From the human T2T-CHM13v2.0 reference genome, Homo sapiens, in assembly GCF_009914755.1 (NCBI RefSeq), contig NC_060931.1: a stretch of DNA of 64,000 nucleotides, one strand, 5' to 3'. A program made the translations under genes and the position numbers. This document shows positions 1-14,790 of the stretch, one piece after another. Each line of letters opens with the position of its first letter. Position 1 is the first letter of the stretch. The notes under the pieces are model-generated. The model ran no database searches. It was not told the origin of the DNA and saw only the letters and a list, made by a program, of their open reading frames with translations.

Positions 1-217
1 AAATAGAATGAAGAGCCTAAGAAACCTCTGTGTACCTAAGAATTTGGTATATAATAAAGGCCCCATCATATGTTTGCTTGGAAAGAAAGGATGAATATTT
101 TTAACACTGAAAGATGCTTCCTTATAGACTATGCTAACAAAAAATGCATATTTATGGAATTTTACACATCAATTTAGTAGTTAAATGTAAAGTCAATACC
201 TAAAGAATAACAGAAGT

Positions 218-542
<325 letters not shown>

Positions 543-624
543 TTATGGTGGACAGTGAGAAATGACCCAAAGGGAAAACATCAAACATATTTGAATACAT
601 AAGACTTTGAATTTCTTTTTTAAA

Positions 625-745
625 AAATGTTTAATTATTATGGATTCATAATAATACATATTTGTGGGGTACATTTTTTTTGATACAAGCTTACAATGTG
701 GAGAGTGATTAGGAGAGTGATTAGTCAAATCAGGGTAATTGGGAA
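625..745 (-). mobile_element. L1 3'-end fragment (L1MA/L1PB-like)
   Basis: tttgtggggtaca...tttgatacaagc...tcaaatcagggtaattggga resembles an antisense L1 3' end. Confidence 0.6.
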
Positions 746-1106
746 TTTCTACATGGTAAACTCATTTTAAAAATTAAAAATAAAAAATTGCACATAAGGT
801 GATTAATAAAAAGCCTGTTATTAACAATAAGAAAAAACAATCTAACCCACAGAAAACAATGAACAAATGGCATGAAGAGACAATTTACAGAAATACACAC
901 ACAGACACAGATAAATGGCCAGAAGTTATAAATAACCCAAGTTTACCTAATAATAATCGGGAAATTAAAATAGCATAGTTCTTCAACAGTAGAATTACCC
1001 AAACAGTAATAATCAATATTGGCAGCATTTGGTGATAGTGGCTTTTTCACAATGCTAGTAGGAGTATAAATTAGAGTGATAACTTTGTAAAATAATATGC
1101 CAAGAC

Positions 1107-1449
1107 TTATTATTCAGCCTTAAGAAAATAAGGAAATTCTAACATTTGTAACAACATAGATGAACCTGGAAAACCTTAGGCTAAATGAAACAGTCCAGTT
1201 TCCGAAAGACAAAAACTGTATGATTCCATTTATATAAGGTATTAACAATAGTCAAACTAATAGCAGCAGGCAATAGGATGATGGTTGCCAGGAGCTGGGG
1301 GAAGGAATAAATGGGGAGCTGGTATAAAGCTTAAGTTAGGCAAGATAAATCAGTTCTAGAGATGTGCTGTACAACATACTGCCCATAGTTAACAATGTGA
1401 TATTGTGCACTTAAAAATATGTTAAGGGGTTAGGTCTCATGTTAAGCAT

Positions 1450-1489
<40 letters not shown>

Positions 1490-1658
1490 ACACAAGAAAA
1501 GTTTTGGAGGTAATGGATATTTTTATTACCTTAATTGTAGTCTTGGTATAACAATCAAGCACATGTATGCCTATGTTCAAACTATCAATTTGTATATATT
1601 ATGCGTGTGCAGTTTTTGTATGTCAATTATAACTCAATAAAGTTGTTAAAAAATAAAA
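1107..1658 (+). mobile_element. L1MB-type 3' end (L1MB3-like) with an internal (CA)n at about 1454-1485
   Basis: tattcagcctt...gatgaacctgga...tctagagatgtgctgtacaaca...caataaag. Confidence 0.8.
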
Positions 1659-1732
1659 ATCATACAATTAGCTTTGCCTTTATGCTAGTATATTTCTATC
1701 TGAATATGTAGCCTAAGAAACTAAAGACATAA

Positions 1733-2040
1733 GGCCAGGTGCTATGGCTCACACCTGTAATCCCGGCACTTTGGGAGGACGAGGTGGACAAATCACCTGA
1801 GGACGGGAGTTCGAGACCAGCCTGGCCAACATGGCGAAACCTTGTCTCTACTGAAAATACAAAAATTAGCTGTGCGTGGTGGCATGTGCCTGTAATTCCA
1901 GCTACTCGGGAGGCTGAGGCACGATAATCTCTTGAACCCAGGAGGCAGGGGTTGCAGTGAGCCATTGCACTCCAGCCTGGGTGACAGAGTGAGATTTGTC
2001 TCAAAAGCAAACAAAAAACAAAACAAACAAAAAACAAAAA
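1733..2040 (+). mobile_element. AluS
   Basis: Dimer with (CAAAA)n tail; TSD ctaaagacataa/ctaaagagataa. Confidence 0.93.
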
Positions 2041-2134
2041 CCTAAAGAGATAAAATTTAAGTAAAAGATTATTTACTGCACTATAATTTGTAGTAAAAAG
2101 AAAAAAGAAATCAACACCCTCAGTTTGATGGCTT

Positions 2135-2825
2135 TAAAAAACGGCACAGAAAATAACAAGTGTTAATAAGGATGTGAGGAAATTGGAACCCTTGTGCTTT
2201 ACTGGTGGGAAGGTAAAATGGAGCAGCCTCTATGAACAACAGTATGGTGTTTCCTCAAACCCATTAAACATATAATTACCATATTACCCAGCAATTCCAT
2301 CTTTGGGTATAAACCCAAAATAATTGAAGGCAGTCTGAGCTATTTGTACACCCGCGTTCATAGCAACATTATTCACAATAGTCCAAAAGTGGAAGCACCC
2401 CATGTGTTCATTGATGAATAAATATGGATAAACAAAACGTGGTATGTACATACAATGAAAAATTATTCAGCCTTAAAAGTAAGGAAATTGTGATGCGTGC
2501 TACAACATGGACATTATGCTAAGTGAAATAAATCATCCACCAAAAGGATAAATGCTGACTGCATGATTTCACTTATATGAAGTACCTAGAATAGTCAAAT
2601 TACTAGAGACAAAAACTAGAATGATGGTTGCCAGGGACTGAGGTGATGAAGGGATGGGAAATTATTGTTTAACTGGTACAGTTTCAGTTTTGCAAGGTGA
2701 AAATCTCTGAAGATGGATGGTGTTGCACAACAATGTTAATGTACCTAATGCCACAGAATTGTACAATAAAAAATGGTTAAAGTAGTACATTTAGTGTTAT
2801 GAATATTTTACTGTAATTTTAAAAA
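2135..2825 (+). mobile_element. L1MB-type ORF2 end and 3'UTR
   Basis: gatgtgaggaaattggaaccc, cccagcaattcc, ttattcacaatagtccaaaagtggaagc, then a 3'UTR. Confidence 0.8.
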
Positions 2826-4370
2826 TTCAAAAAGAAATCAAACTAAGTATTCCATAAATTAATTACTAACTGTGAACATTTAAATAATGAAGTACCTATT
2901 TTCTAAATGTTCATGAAAATGCCCTCACTATTATAATTATAAAGATACATTTTGTAAGTAAAATAAATGAGATTTGATATTCTTTTAAAACGTAAGTTAA
3001 TAGCAGAGTAGGTTTCCTTTGTGGACCTCTTCTGATGTCGAAGCAGATGTTTCTGAAGCCCTGATTGGCCCAAGGGAGATGCACTTTCAATGAAGCAAAC
3101 TAAAAATGATTTCCTGGATAGCCCCTTTTGGAGGGGAAATGCCTCTTTCCAGATCACCAAAGATCTGAAACATGAAAGTTAGGACATATGTTTCATTTTC
3201 TCCTGCAGGGCGGTGAACAAATTTGTAGAAGTAGCTATTCTTATCTCACATAAGAAATTTTGCCCCAGAGACTGCATCTGCATATGAAATCAGTCCCAGT
3301 AATGGAGCACATAAAGCTGCTGTGACTACAATGCCTGCAAGGAAAATGTTGAAGGCTTTATAATTTCTCAGAATTCTCTAGAGAGAAAAAGCAAATAAAA
3401 AAAGCCCTACCCTTATTATCTAGTCTCTATTCACAACCTTATTTGCTAATAGAGAGGGTGGTCCATTATAAAGGTTTCATTTTCTATTTTATGACTTTAT
3501 TCATATTATGGTGCTTGAAGCACTGTATAAGGTTTGTCTTTGGGGATTCTTCTATTTTGATGTTTGCTGTGTTTTATAAAACTTGAATTTTGTCATTAAT
3601 TCTTTATACCAGAATTATGAAATTTGCAAAAATTAAGCTTCTGAAAATATAGACATCATATCTACTGGATAAACTGATAAAACATGGAAGTATTCTGGGA
3701 GCTAAAGACGCATCTTGACAACTAGTAAAATAGTTTTTATATGAAAAACCTAACATTGAAGAGTTTGAAGGCATTCTATAGGTAATTAAAATTATGATAC
3801 ACTAGTTATTAGTGATTCTTTCTCGTCAGGCCTAGTATAAATTTAAGGCATTTCAGCCATCAGTGGAAACTGCTATTAGCTTTTGAAACATTGCTGTAGA
3901 TTTTGCAGTTGATTTAACATCAACTGTAACCATTGTACGTTTGTTCATTTACTCGTTTGTTCTGTGTATAGTCTCAGTTGTCATAAAAGCATTAAAAGAT
4001 ATAATTTATCATTTTCAAGAACAAAGTGATGTTTATTTTGCAAGACAGCAAATGACCAGAGATAATGTGCGAGCGAAAAATGCAAAAAGTATATAAATTG
4101 CTCAGCTCAATTTCTAAAAAGCCCATTTCCTTTACAGGATGTGAACTCATATTTGTCTCCACCGGCATAAGGGGACATTTGGTGCCATTTGACAACATTT
4201 TCAAGAGATTAACTACTTTTTTCACAAGGAGACCAAAATTCAATAAAGAGATAATGCTCACATATTAAACAACACAGAAAATGCTAGAGCCAACAGACCC
4301 AATAAACTGACAGGAAAGGCCATGATTTTGCCATAATAGTGTAAAAAAAACTATGTTTCAAATGTAAATT

Positions 4371-4373
<3 letters not shown>

Positions 4374-4412
<39 letters not shown>
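4374..4412. repeat. (AC)n microsatellite
   Basis: About 19 AC units. Confidence 0.95.
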
Positions 4413-4415
<3 letters not shown>

Positions 4416-4821
4416 CTTTAACTGGCAGCCCTGAATCAATTATAGACCAGCATCTACAACAAATGCATTTTAATATAATTCAGAGTCTCTACCCATGTGG
4501 ACATATCATCTCCCTTACTGGGGTCCCAGAGTAGGGAAAGGAGATTATTCCTACATTTTACCTATTTCTGTGACTTCTGAATTCCTATTGTTTGTCTAAG
4601 ATAGTCTAATTCTAGAACTCCCTATGACTTATAGCAATGGATGAGAGGAAGGCGTTGGAGAAATCAGATTCAGCAACTCCATATTAAATTAATATTTAAC
4701 AGGGATGAAATAAATGCTTTGGCTCACTTTTGAACCTGATGATTGTTTAAATTATAACCCTGAATGTATCACACCATGGAGGCAGGCAAAACTGTACCTG
4801 CTCCTACAGAAAGAAAGCCCT

Positions 4822-5151
<330 letters not shown>

Positions 5152-6891
5152 CTAGAAACATGAACAGATTTGGGGTGTCAGGTTCTATGTTGGGCTTTGG
5201 AAGACATATTTCACTAAGTGGATTCCTATTTCTAAATGATAAAAAACTTCCTTCTCACACAATTTAACACTTTCTTCAAAAACAAAGCCATTAATTGTTT
5301 CTCGCCATATAAAGCTTAGTTATGATTAACCAAGTCATTATGCTTCTTTAGTGGTTATCCATATTTTCATATATATTTTTAATGAATTGTACTGGGTTAA
5401 TAGTGCCAACAGAAATAAAGCTCTATGTATTTAGTCTCTAGTTTTTGAAATCAAACTAAATGGAAGCTAAGAATGGTAGATGGCAGAGTCGAGGAAGAAG
5501 AGAAGAATAAATTTCTTTTAGAAATTCGTCAGCTTAGAAATATAATTATTTCTTATAAACAAATAAAACACTTTTAGAAGTATTAAGATTAATATTTACA
5601 TTCAGAGATCACAGTTCAACTTAGGACAATTAAAAGAAAATAAATGAAGACTATAATTTTCAGAAACTATTCTCATATTAACTGAATCATATGAATATGA
5701 AGTTCATATTCTCATGTGAATAGAAATTGTCACATTGACAATATATTCTGAGAAATATACCAATGTTTCTATAAATCTATGCACAAATAAATGTATAACA
5801 TCCTTATTAATTTTCAACACTGTGCAGACTCTAAATTAAGAGCAATTTATAAAGCACTTTTACATACTTTATCTTATTTTATTCTTATATCAATCCTATG
5901 AATGAAAATAGTAATATTCACATACAAAAATATAAACATAATTGGTATCATTAACTTTTTCACCTAGAAGTTCTGTGGTGATTTCCTAGGTTAAGTCTCT
6001 AATGGGTTTGAAAAATTAGAATAAGTGAAATTAAATGATATGCCAAAGATCAGTCTGCTAGCTAGTACCAGAGATAGCTTTGACACCTAATGTAATGTCA
6101 TTTTCAATATATCAAGCTCTTTTAATTAGAAAAGAGTATTTACTTCATCAATTCTATAATGTGCCACCAGGAAGTAGTTCATCCACCTTTCAGAAAAGTC
6201 CACTTTGTTCAATGTTAATATTATCTCATCTTTCTCTCTCCTATTTCTCTCCCTCACTCTTCCTTTCATTCACCTTAATGGTCGGTATTAGAAGTTAATT
6301 CCCAAACAAGGTCTCTAATTAGGTGCCCTTTCCCTTATTACACATCCAAGTTTCCAACTCCTTTCTGGATATTTTTATCCAAATCTCTTTGTCTGACATA
6401 TCAAGGTCATAGGATAAAAACTAGATTCATTATTTAAAAATATTCTTCACCCATATGTTTTGCTGTCTTACTCAAGGGCATGTTCTTTCTTTGAGCAGAG
6501 GCAAAAATCCTTGGAATCACCTCCAGTTAATATTTCTAACTTACATCCAAAGTGTATTTATTCAATGTTAAGTTTCCTTATTCTTCACCCACCACTCAAT
6601 GTCTATTTTTGTTTTCATAGGCCTAGTCCTCATCCTCCTCTGAATGCATCATTGTATTAATTTCCTCATTGATTTCTCTACTTCTAGTATCTTTCCTTTT
6701 CAAGTCATCAGTCATTGGGTTGAAGAAGTATTATAAAACACAACTAAATAATTTATGAATGTATTCTGTGATATATAGAAGGAAGTACAAATGTTGGCTA
6801 ATTGTAGTAAAATATTTCATCAAGTCTATCAGAATATGAGTGTGGGAACCAGAATCACAAATGCCCTCAACAATGCACGTCTTTGGGTTTC

Positions 6892-7204
6892 TGTGTCTGT
6901 CTAAATTAAGGCTGCTATAACAAATTGCCATCGATTGAGTGACTTAAACAGCCAACACTTGTTTTTCATAGTCTGGGTCTGGGGAAGTTCAAGATCAAGG
7001 AGACTGCAGATCTGATGTCTGGTGAGGGCCTGCTTCCTGGTTTACAGATGTATATCTTTTCATTGTATCCTCACATGGCAGAGAACAGAGACAGAAATCC
7101 AGTTACCATGTCTCTTCTTGTAAGAAAACTAATCGTATTCATGAGGGCTCCATCTCATGATCTGATTTCCTCCCAATGGGCCCACCTTTTAATACCATCA
7201 CATT
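6892..7204 (-). mobile_element. MaLR LTR (MLT1A-like)
   Basis: ggctgctataacaaa...aagatcaagg...tctggtgagggcctgcttcctgg...cctcacatggcaga. Confidence 0.8.
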
Positions 7205-7229
7205 ATGATGGTATATTTAGTCTATAACA

Positions 7230-7722
7230 CTGTCTTCATATAGTTTCTTCCCACACTGAATAAGGCTGACCTATATAACCAATAGAATACTGCAGAAATG
7301 AAAATGCATGACTTTCGTGGCAAGATCATAAGCTCTAGTCTTGCTTTTGCCTTTCTCTCTCTTTGATCACTATCTGTGGTAGACGCCAGCTGTGACATTT
7401 TGAGTTTACTCAAGCAGCCCTATACAGAGATCCATGTGACAATAAATTAAGGTCTTCAGCCGACAGCCAGCTCTAACATGCTAAGCATGTGAGTGAGCCA
7501 CATGGAAGTGAATTCTCTAGCTCCAGTCAATCCTTCAGATGACTATAGCCCCATCTAGGCTCTTGACTGCATCCTCGTGAAAAACTGTGAGCCAGAATCA
7601 CCCAGGGAAACCATTTCCCATATTCCTGACCCACAGAAACAATGTGAAAAAATAAATGTTTATTGTTTTAAGCCACTGAGTTTAGAGTATGTTTTTTTAG
7701 ACAGCAATGGATAACCAATACA
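7230..7722 (+). mobile_element. MaLR LTR (MLT1F-like)
   Basis: ccttcagatgactatagcccc...ttcctgacccacagaaac...aataaatgtttattgttttaagccactgagttt...aataca. Confidence 0.75.
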
Positions 7723-7740
7723 ATGAGAGCTTTAATTTTA

Positions 7741-7972
<232 letters not shown>

Positions 7973-8089
7973 ATAGGGAGAATTATGAAGCAATGAAATG
8001 TCACAGAGGATCAAAAGTTACATGCTGGGTATGAGCCAATAGAAGTATATGCTGTGCAAAACACTTCACAAAGTCAGGAGATAAAAGGA

Positions 8090-8405
8090 GGCCAGGTGCA
8101 GTGGCTCATGCCTGTAATCTCAACACTTTGGAAGGCTGGGTGGGATTGCTTGAAGCCGGGTGTACAAGCCGGGTGTTCAAGACCTGGGCAACAAAGTCAG
8201 ACCCTGTCTCTGCACATTTTTTTTTTTTTTCAAAAATTAGCCAGGCATGGTGGCGTGTGCCCATAGTCCCAGTTACCTGAGAGGCTGAGCCAAGAGGATG
8301 GCTTGAGCCCAGGAGTTTCAGGCTGCAAATAGCACCACTGTACTCTTGCCTGGGTGGCAGAACAAGACCCTGTCTCAAAAACAAACAAACAAGCAAACAA
8401 AAAAG
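8090..8405 (+). mobile_element. AluJ (diverged)
   Basis: gcttgagcccaggagtt...ggctgca; T-rich central linker. Confidence 0.85.
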
Positions 8406-8808
8406 AAGACGAAAAGAAAGGGAAGGAAAGGTTATTCTGAAACCCCTACTTCGATGTAAAAATCCTATTTAATAACTTGTCCCCAGAAGTCTATTTTATT
8501 CATACATGGTTCATGTGTTTGCTACAAATAAAGTAGATATTATCAAAACCTGGGTTGGTCCTAAATTAGAAAGATCTGCCAAGTCACATATCTTTCTTGC
8601 TTGTATGTTCGTAGAACATCTGTTTGAGAACTAAAAGTAAACAAAGATAATTTAGTATTTGGCTTTATATTGATAACGACCTAATTTCTCCTATTTTGAA
8701 AAATAGTTGTTAAAGATTTCTGGCTTCAAAAGTTTCCTGCAAAAAGTATATCTGAATATTTTAATAACTTTAAAAGAAAAAAGTGCATTTTTTTTCTAAT
8801 ATGTAGAC

Positions 8809-9025
8809 CAGGGTTTCCTGACCCACAGTCGATACATTTTGAGTCAGATAATTCTTTATTTCAGGAGTCTTTCCTCTGTGTTGTAGGATGCTTAGCAGCA
8901 TCCTTAGCCTCTATTCTCCAGATCTAATTGTACCCCTCCCCCTAAGTCATAATAATAGAAAATGTTTGCAGACATTAACAAATGTGCCCTGGGAAGATAC
9001 AGTCACCTTTGGTTAAAAACCACTA
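8809..9025 (+). mobile_element. MER20-like hAT DNA transposon
   Basis: gataattcttt...tgtaggatgcttagcagcatcc...cagacattaacaaatgtgccctggg...ggttaaaaaccact. Confidence 0.75.
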
Positions 9026-10063
9026 TTATGGGTATAAAGTTGTAATGTAATTTTTTTAAAAAAGAAACTAAAACCATATTTATTCAACAAGTAGGTATGT
9101 TCCCATCTGTTCTGCAGCACTTCATACCTAAGAATGGAATATAAAGAAAATCCAGAACCTTCAGTTTGGATTTTCTGATTAAAAAGTCTGAGGCCATCTG
9201 CCATAGTTATAATAATCTGACAGATTGTCACAAATGATCAGCCTAATGTTAGGAATCAATGGGAAATAATATTTTTCGAGATGGGCCTATGATGTCGTTA
9301 TTGCAAAAGATAAAGAAAGCTTTTAATTAACACACACATACACATACACACATGACACACACACAGAAAAAGCAGCCATTCTTTCTCAGTAATTCTAGTA
9401 TTTACCGAAATGAATTGCAAATTATTTAGGAAGGAAGAAAAGTAATATTTTAGCCCTAGGAATGACAGAAATTGTAATCCAAAGCCTCTGTTTCATGGTA
9501 TCTTTCAAAGTTCAGTGAACAGTGATCATCACCGAAATTAACCAAAGGTCTTAAATAAATTGAGGCCAGAAACTGTTTTAATATTACCTTAAAAGCAGAA
9601 TATAATTATAAAATAAAACCAATTACATTGGTTACTCTCTCCTACTTCTTAAAGATATTTTGCTGTGAAATGCATTTCACTGTGGCACCGTTGGCTATAG
9701 AAAGTTAAATGAATTTTTTTTTAGCATTAGGGACTTTGCAATTTTTCAAATTATTTTGGAATACTTTGTTATAGCATTTGCTGAAAGTATATACATTTTC
9801 TATTTTACTTGAATCATTGTTGACTGTCTGTTTTACTTGAATCTTAATTATGAAAATACAAACTGTGTTTTTTGTTTGTTTGTTTTGGTGAGTAATCCTG
9901 AAGAAGCAGACTCTGATACAATGATTTGAGTGTGCGAACCATATTTTCTGGTGAAGAAAACATTGGTAGAAAGGTGGGGGAATAAGACACAGAAGGAGAG
10001 GCATACTCAAAGCAATAGAAGCTTAATCCCATCAGCAATAACATTGATAACCACTATGGAATA

Positions 10064-10409
10064 CAGATGCCCTTCTACTTACAATGGGGTTATGTCTCAA
10101 TAGACCCATCTTAAGTTACAAATATCACAAGTGGAAAATGCATTTAATACACCTGACCTGCCAAAAATCATAGCGTAGCTAACCTATACATGCTCAGAAC
10201 ACTTACATTAGCCTACTGGTGGGCAAAATCATCTAACAGAAACCTATTCTATAATAAAGTGTTGCATATCTCATATAATTTACTGAAAGTGAAAAACAGA
10301 ATGGTTGTGTAGATACTCAAAGTATGGTGCCTGCTGAACGTGTATCACTCTCTCACCATTGTAAAGTCAAAAAATCTTAAGTCTAACCACAGTAAATCAG
10401 AACCATATG
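10064..10409 (+). mobile_element. MER47A-like Tigger-family MITE
   Basis: cagatgcccttctacttacaatggggtta...aaaatgcatttaatacacct...ctcagaacacttacattagccta; TA flanks. Confidence 0.8.
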
Positions 10410-11102
10410 TATACCATTTGGTCATCCCATTAAGGAGCAAGGGAGTTGAAGTATAATTTTATAGATCAAACTTCACTGGCCACTGTTTAACAACTGTTGG
10501 CAGTAACATTAATTCTATGACAATTTTGGCCTCATGCATAGGCAGGCAAAACCTTCTTCAGTGGCCAGAAAAGGCACTCAGGTAAATATAGATTTGGGCA
10601 ATTGGCAATCAACTAGTTAGTGAGCTAGAGGGGATATAGATGAAGCACTGACAATATTTGTTACGTTATAATTTATAGAAACAATACTCCCTAAATAGTC
10701 CAAAAATACACAATAATCTAGAAATAGGAAGGAAATACTGCCTTCTTAATTAATATACTCTTTTTAGTTGCAAAGAGGAAATATTTGTCTCTCCATATCA
10801 AAATTGTCTTTTACAAGAAGACAAATGAAATTAATAATACAAAAGAAAATCCCCTTTTGTCACTTCATTAATTACCAATACATAGGCTCACTTATTACCT
10901 GTTAATTTTTTACTATACTTATTAGTTTTTTAAATGTAAAAAGTTTTTAAAAATTCCTTTTGACTATAATATTAGAGTTAGCAAGTTCACATCGCACAGA
11001 AAGTTACAAAATAAAAGTAAACATATCCTCCTTTGAAACTAGGGTGTCTCCTTAATTTCTCTATAAGCTATTAATACTGCTTGTGATTTCTTCCAGAAAA
11101 CC

Positions 11103-11156
11103 ATATATATGTATGTTTATGCATATATATACGTGTGTGTATACATATATATACAC

Positions 11157-11189
<33 letters not shown>

Positions 11190-11192
11190 TAC
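11103..11192. repeat. (TA)/(TG) alternating purine-pyrimidine low-complexity tract
   Basis: Direct inspection. Confidence 0.85.
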
Positions 11193-12164
11193 ATCCTTTT
11201 TATTCTGCTTGGCATTTTTTTATGCTTCCTGAATTTTGGGATGCATGTCTTTCATCAATTTTTGAAATTGATGAAAAATTTTGCATTTTTGAAAATTCCC
11301 AACTAATTTTTTTTTCAAATATTGCCATCTGAAATCCCAATTAGATATACGTTAGTCTGTCATTTTAATCCTCAATGTCTCTTCTTTCATAATTTCCAAG
11401 TGTCTCTTTTTGCTGCATTAAACTTAATTTCTTCGTCTTCTTCCAGTTAACTAATTCTCCATTCACCTTTCATCTGCTATTAATTTACCCATTGGATTCA
11501 TAATTTGAATTATTACTATTTTTTCTAGGTTTATTTATTTTCCTTTCAAATGTACTTGGTCTTCTTGAGTAGTATGTTTTCTGTTCTCATATTTAATTTC
11601 TTAATATTTTAAATATACTTATTCTACAGCTTGGAGCCAATAATTTTATGCATAGAGGTCCTGGAACTCGAATAATGCTGGTTGTAGTTCCACTTGCATC
11701 TTAGTCATGGGAAATTTTTGAATATATATTGTTGCAATTTTAGAGTGAGCAAATGTTAAGACTATCAAAATGCCATAAATTCCGGGTGTGTGTTTTGTGT
11801 TTGCTTTTGCCAAGTACCCTAAGGGATCTACCAATGTGGGACAACTGTAAATTAATTTATCACCTTAGATAGGTAGTAAACCTTGCACTTAAAGCATCTG
11901 AGATGGAGGCCTATGATTATACTACTCATCATTACACAAGGGCATAGCTTTCAAATGTCTGAACTTTATGCAGGAGGTCTTAATTCCTGCTGCCTACCTC
12001 TCCCAGTCCCATAGCATTGTTTCCTGTCCTTGGATTCCTGCAAAAGTTCAAGACCCTGATTACTAAATTTCTAAACACACCCAGCCAGTCTTAGCTTCAC
12101 TGTAGAGTAAATGACTGACTTTCAGGTCTTTTTAATTTAGTTATTTAATTAATTAATTAACTCA

Positions 12165-12310
12165 TTTTTTCAGAGACGAGGTTTTGCTATATTGCCCAAG
12201 TTGGAGTGCAGTGCTATTATTCATAGGCGCATTCATTATACACTACAGCCTGGGACTCCTGGCCTCAAGTGAACCCCCCACCTCAGCCTCCTGAGTAACT
12301 GGACTTCAGA
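12165..12310 (-). mobile_element. FAM-type fossil Alu monomer
   Basis: ggagtgcagtgctattattcataggcgc...cactacagcct keeps the 7SL-like ctattcacaggcgc segment that dimeric Alu arms lack. Confidence 0.65.
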
Positions 12311-13655
12311 TGAACCCTGCCCTATTTTACTGTTGATCCTTCAAATATCCTTTCCATTTTTGTGAACTCAATCCTACTTTTCATGTTGAACTACCTTGTA
12401 TTCAGCATTTCCATTTTGTAAAGGGAGGTTTCTCATAATATGTGGTGTTTTACAGTGTGTGAAATATTTCAGTTCATCTGCTTTTTCCCATTTTTTGCCT
12501 GCTGTTAATCCTTATTGTTAATCCTGTCCCTTAAATATCTCCTGTACTCTTAGTATACTATGTGCCCTTGTATGCTTTTCTTTCCTCCATATTCAAGAAA
12601 TCCATGATAGAGTATTAAAATAATGTTCTAATAAACTCCCTGAATTCATTCACATGTATTGTATTCACTTTTATACCACATCTGCTTTTACAGTTACAAA
12701 CATTGAAAATATCCTACCCTCAATCGAGCTTCACATGCTGTTGCTATCAGTTTGCTAAGACTTAAAGAATAAAATAATAGGCTAATTCTTTAAAACATCA
12801 AATGTGCTCTTAGGGTTAATTTGTAATCTTTAATTCATCTTTCACTAAATTTTTAAGATATTTCTTTGCTCCCCCTATAGATCTCATTTCCTATTTCAAT
12901 CTGAAATGATTTTCTTTAAACTGGTTTATCCGTTATGGAATATCTCTGCATAATTAACCCATTTCTTCCTCCCTTCTCTTATAAAATAATAATTTGTTTT
13001 ATGAATCATTCCCTTTTATTTTAAATCTTCAATTGCTCTTTCTCCAACAGATCCTTCATCCCACTCTCTAATAGTTTGGTTAATTCTTTATAGTAACTGC
13101 TCTCCCAGCACTGTGGCAGACACTGGACCTACTATACGAAAACTATCACTAACCCCTTCTTCCTTACCTTCCTCCACAATAAAGACTAGCAAGCCAATAA
13201 CTCAACTGTACATTCTCCCTTGGAGTCAGAAATAGCCATCCTACATGGTTGTGACCACTGTAACATTGCTAGAAACCCCTGCGGAGAGATTCTGTCATTA
13301 AACAAACAGGAGAGCTTGCCAGGAGAAATAACTTGTCTCCACCACTTCCACATTTTCTGCCTGGAATGTGGTTAAGCCTGGTGGAGCAGCACTGTCTTGC
13401 AACAGTAAGTTGTTACCTTAAGAGAAAGGTGTAATGCTACAAAAGGTATGAAAGCATTAGAGACTTTGATATACAGAAAAGATATTAGAAAAAGCACTTG
13501 AGACTTTGATATATATATTTTAGCCACAGAACTTCCTAGATGCCTCGCTCTAACTTCTTAACGGAATAATAAACCACCATTTAAAAACAAACCATTTGAA
13601 AACTAGCAAACAAAAACTACTGTAGTATGGGTTTTGTTACTTGAAAAACCAATGT

Positions 13656-13709
13656 GTGCACATGTACCCTAAAACTTAGAGTATAATAATAAAAAAAAAA
13701 AAAAAAAAA
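13656..13709 (+). mobile_element. Extremely 5'-truncated L1HS-type insertion (about 35 nt plus polyA)
   Basis: gtgcacatgtaccctaaaacttagagtataataat-A19 is the L1 3' terminus; perfect 13-bp TSD gaaaaaccaatgt (13643-13655, 13710-13722). Confidence 0.9.
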
Positions 13710-14069
13710 GAAAAACCAATGTAATGCTAGTAAAGTCTTTTCTTTGGTCTCTCTCTTCCCCTACACCGAACTGACAAAAATTAAAACATCAAACAAATTA
13801 TACATGCTTGCTGTCTCTATTTCTTCACCAACCATTCACACAGAGCAGTAGTCACAAACTGGTGGCCCTTAGGCATTTTAGTGACATGAGTGCTTGGCTC
13901 TAAAGAGTTCATATAAATTTTAAATTAGTTACCAACATTTAAGCATTAAGAAAATGTTAGCTTTCTGGATTTCTAGTTTCATAAAAAAATAAAAAGGTAA
14001 CATTGAACTGACTTATACTTCCTGAGAGCAACACTCAGATTGAATTGTTTAATGGATCCTTTTGAAATC

Positions 14070-14790
14070 AAAGTGAGCAATATAATAGAGAAAAGGCAAT
14101 TTCAACAAATCATGTTGAAACAACTGGACTTTCACCGCAAAAAAATATATAATCTAGACACAGATCTGACATTCTTCACAAAAATTAACTCAAAATGGAC
14201 CACAGACCTAAGCATAAAATGCAAAACTATAAAACTCTAGAAAATAACGTGGGAGAAAATCTAAATGACTTTGGATATAGAATTTTTTTTAGATGTAACA
14301 CCAAAGGCACAATCCAAAAAAGAAATAATTGATAAACTGGATTTCATTAAAATTAAAATTTATTCTCTGGGAAGACACTGCTAAAAGAATGAGAAGACAA
14401 GCCACGCATTGGGAGAAAATTTTCAAAAGATACAACTGATAAATGACTGTTATCCAAAATATACAAAGAACTCTTAAAGCTCAACAATAAGAAAACAAAC
14501 AACAATATTAGAAATAGGCGAAAGACCTAAACAGCCGCTACACCAAAGAAAATATACAGATGGCAAATAAGCATATGAAAGATGTTTCACATCCTATGTC
14601 ACTAGGGAACTGCAAATTAGAACAATGAGATACCACTGGACACTGTTTAGAATAACTAGAATTCAAAACCATGACAACATCTAAAGCTGGTAAGGACGTA
14701 AAACAAGGGGAATTTTCCTTTGCTGGTGGGAATGCAATACGGTACAGGCACTCTGGAAGATAGATGGACACTTTCTTACAAAACTAAATT
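14070..14790 (+). mobile_element. L1MC-type ORF2 fragment
   Basis: acaaaaattaactcaaaatggaccacagacctaa (TKINSKWTTDL), aaaattaaaatt, aagaactcttaaagctcaacaataagaaaacaaacaac. Confidence 0.85.
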
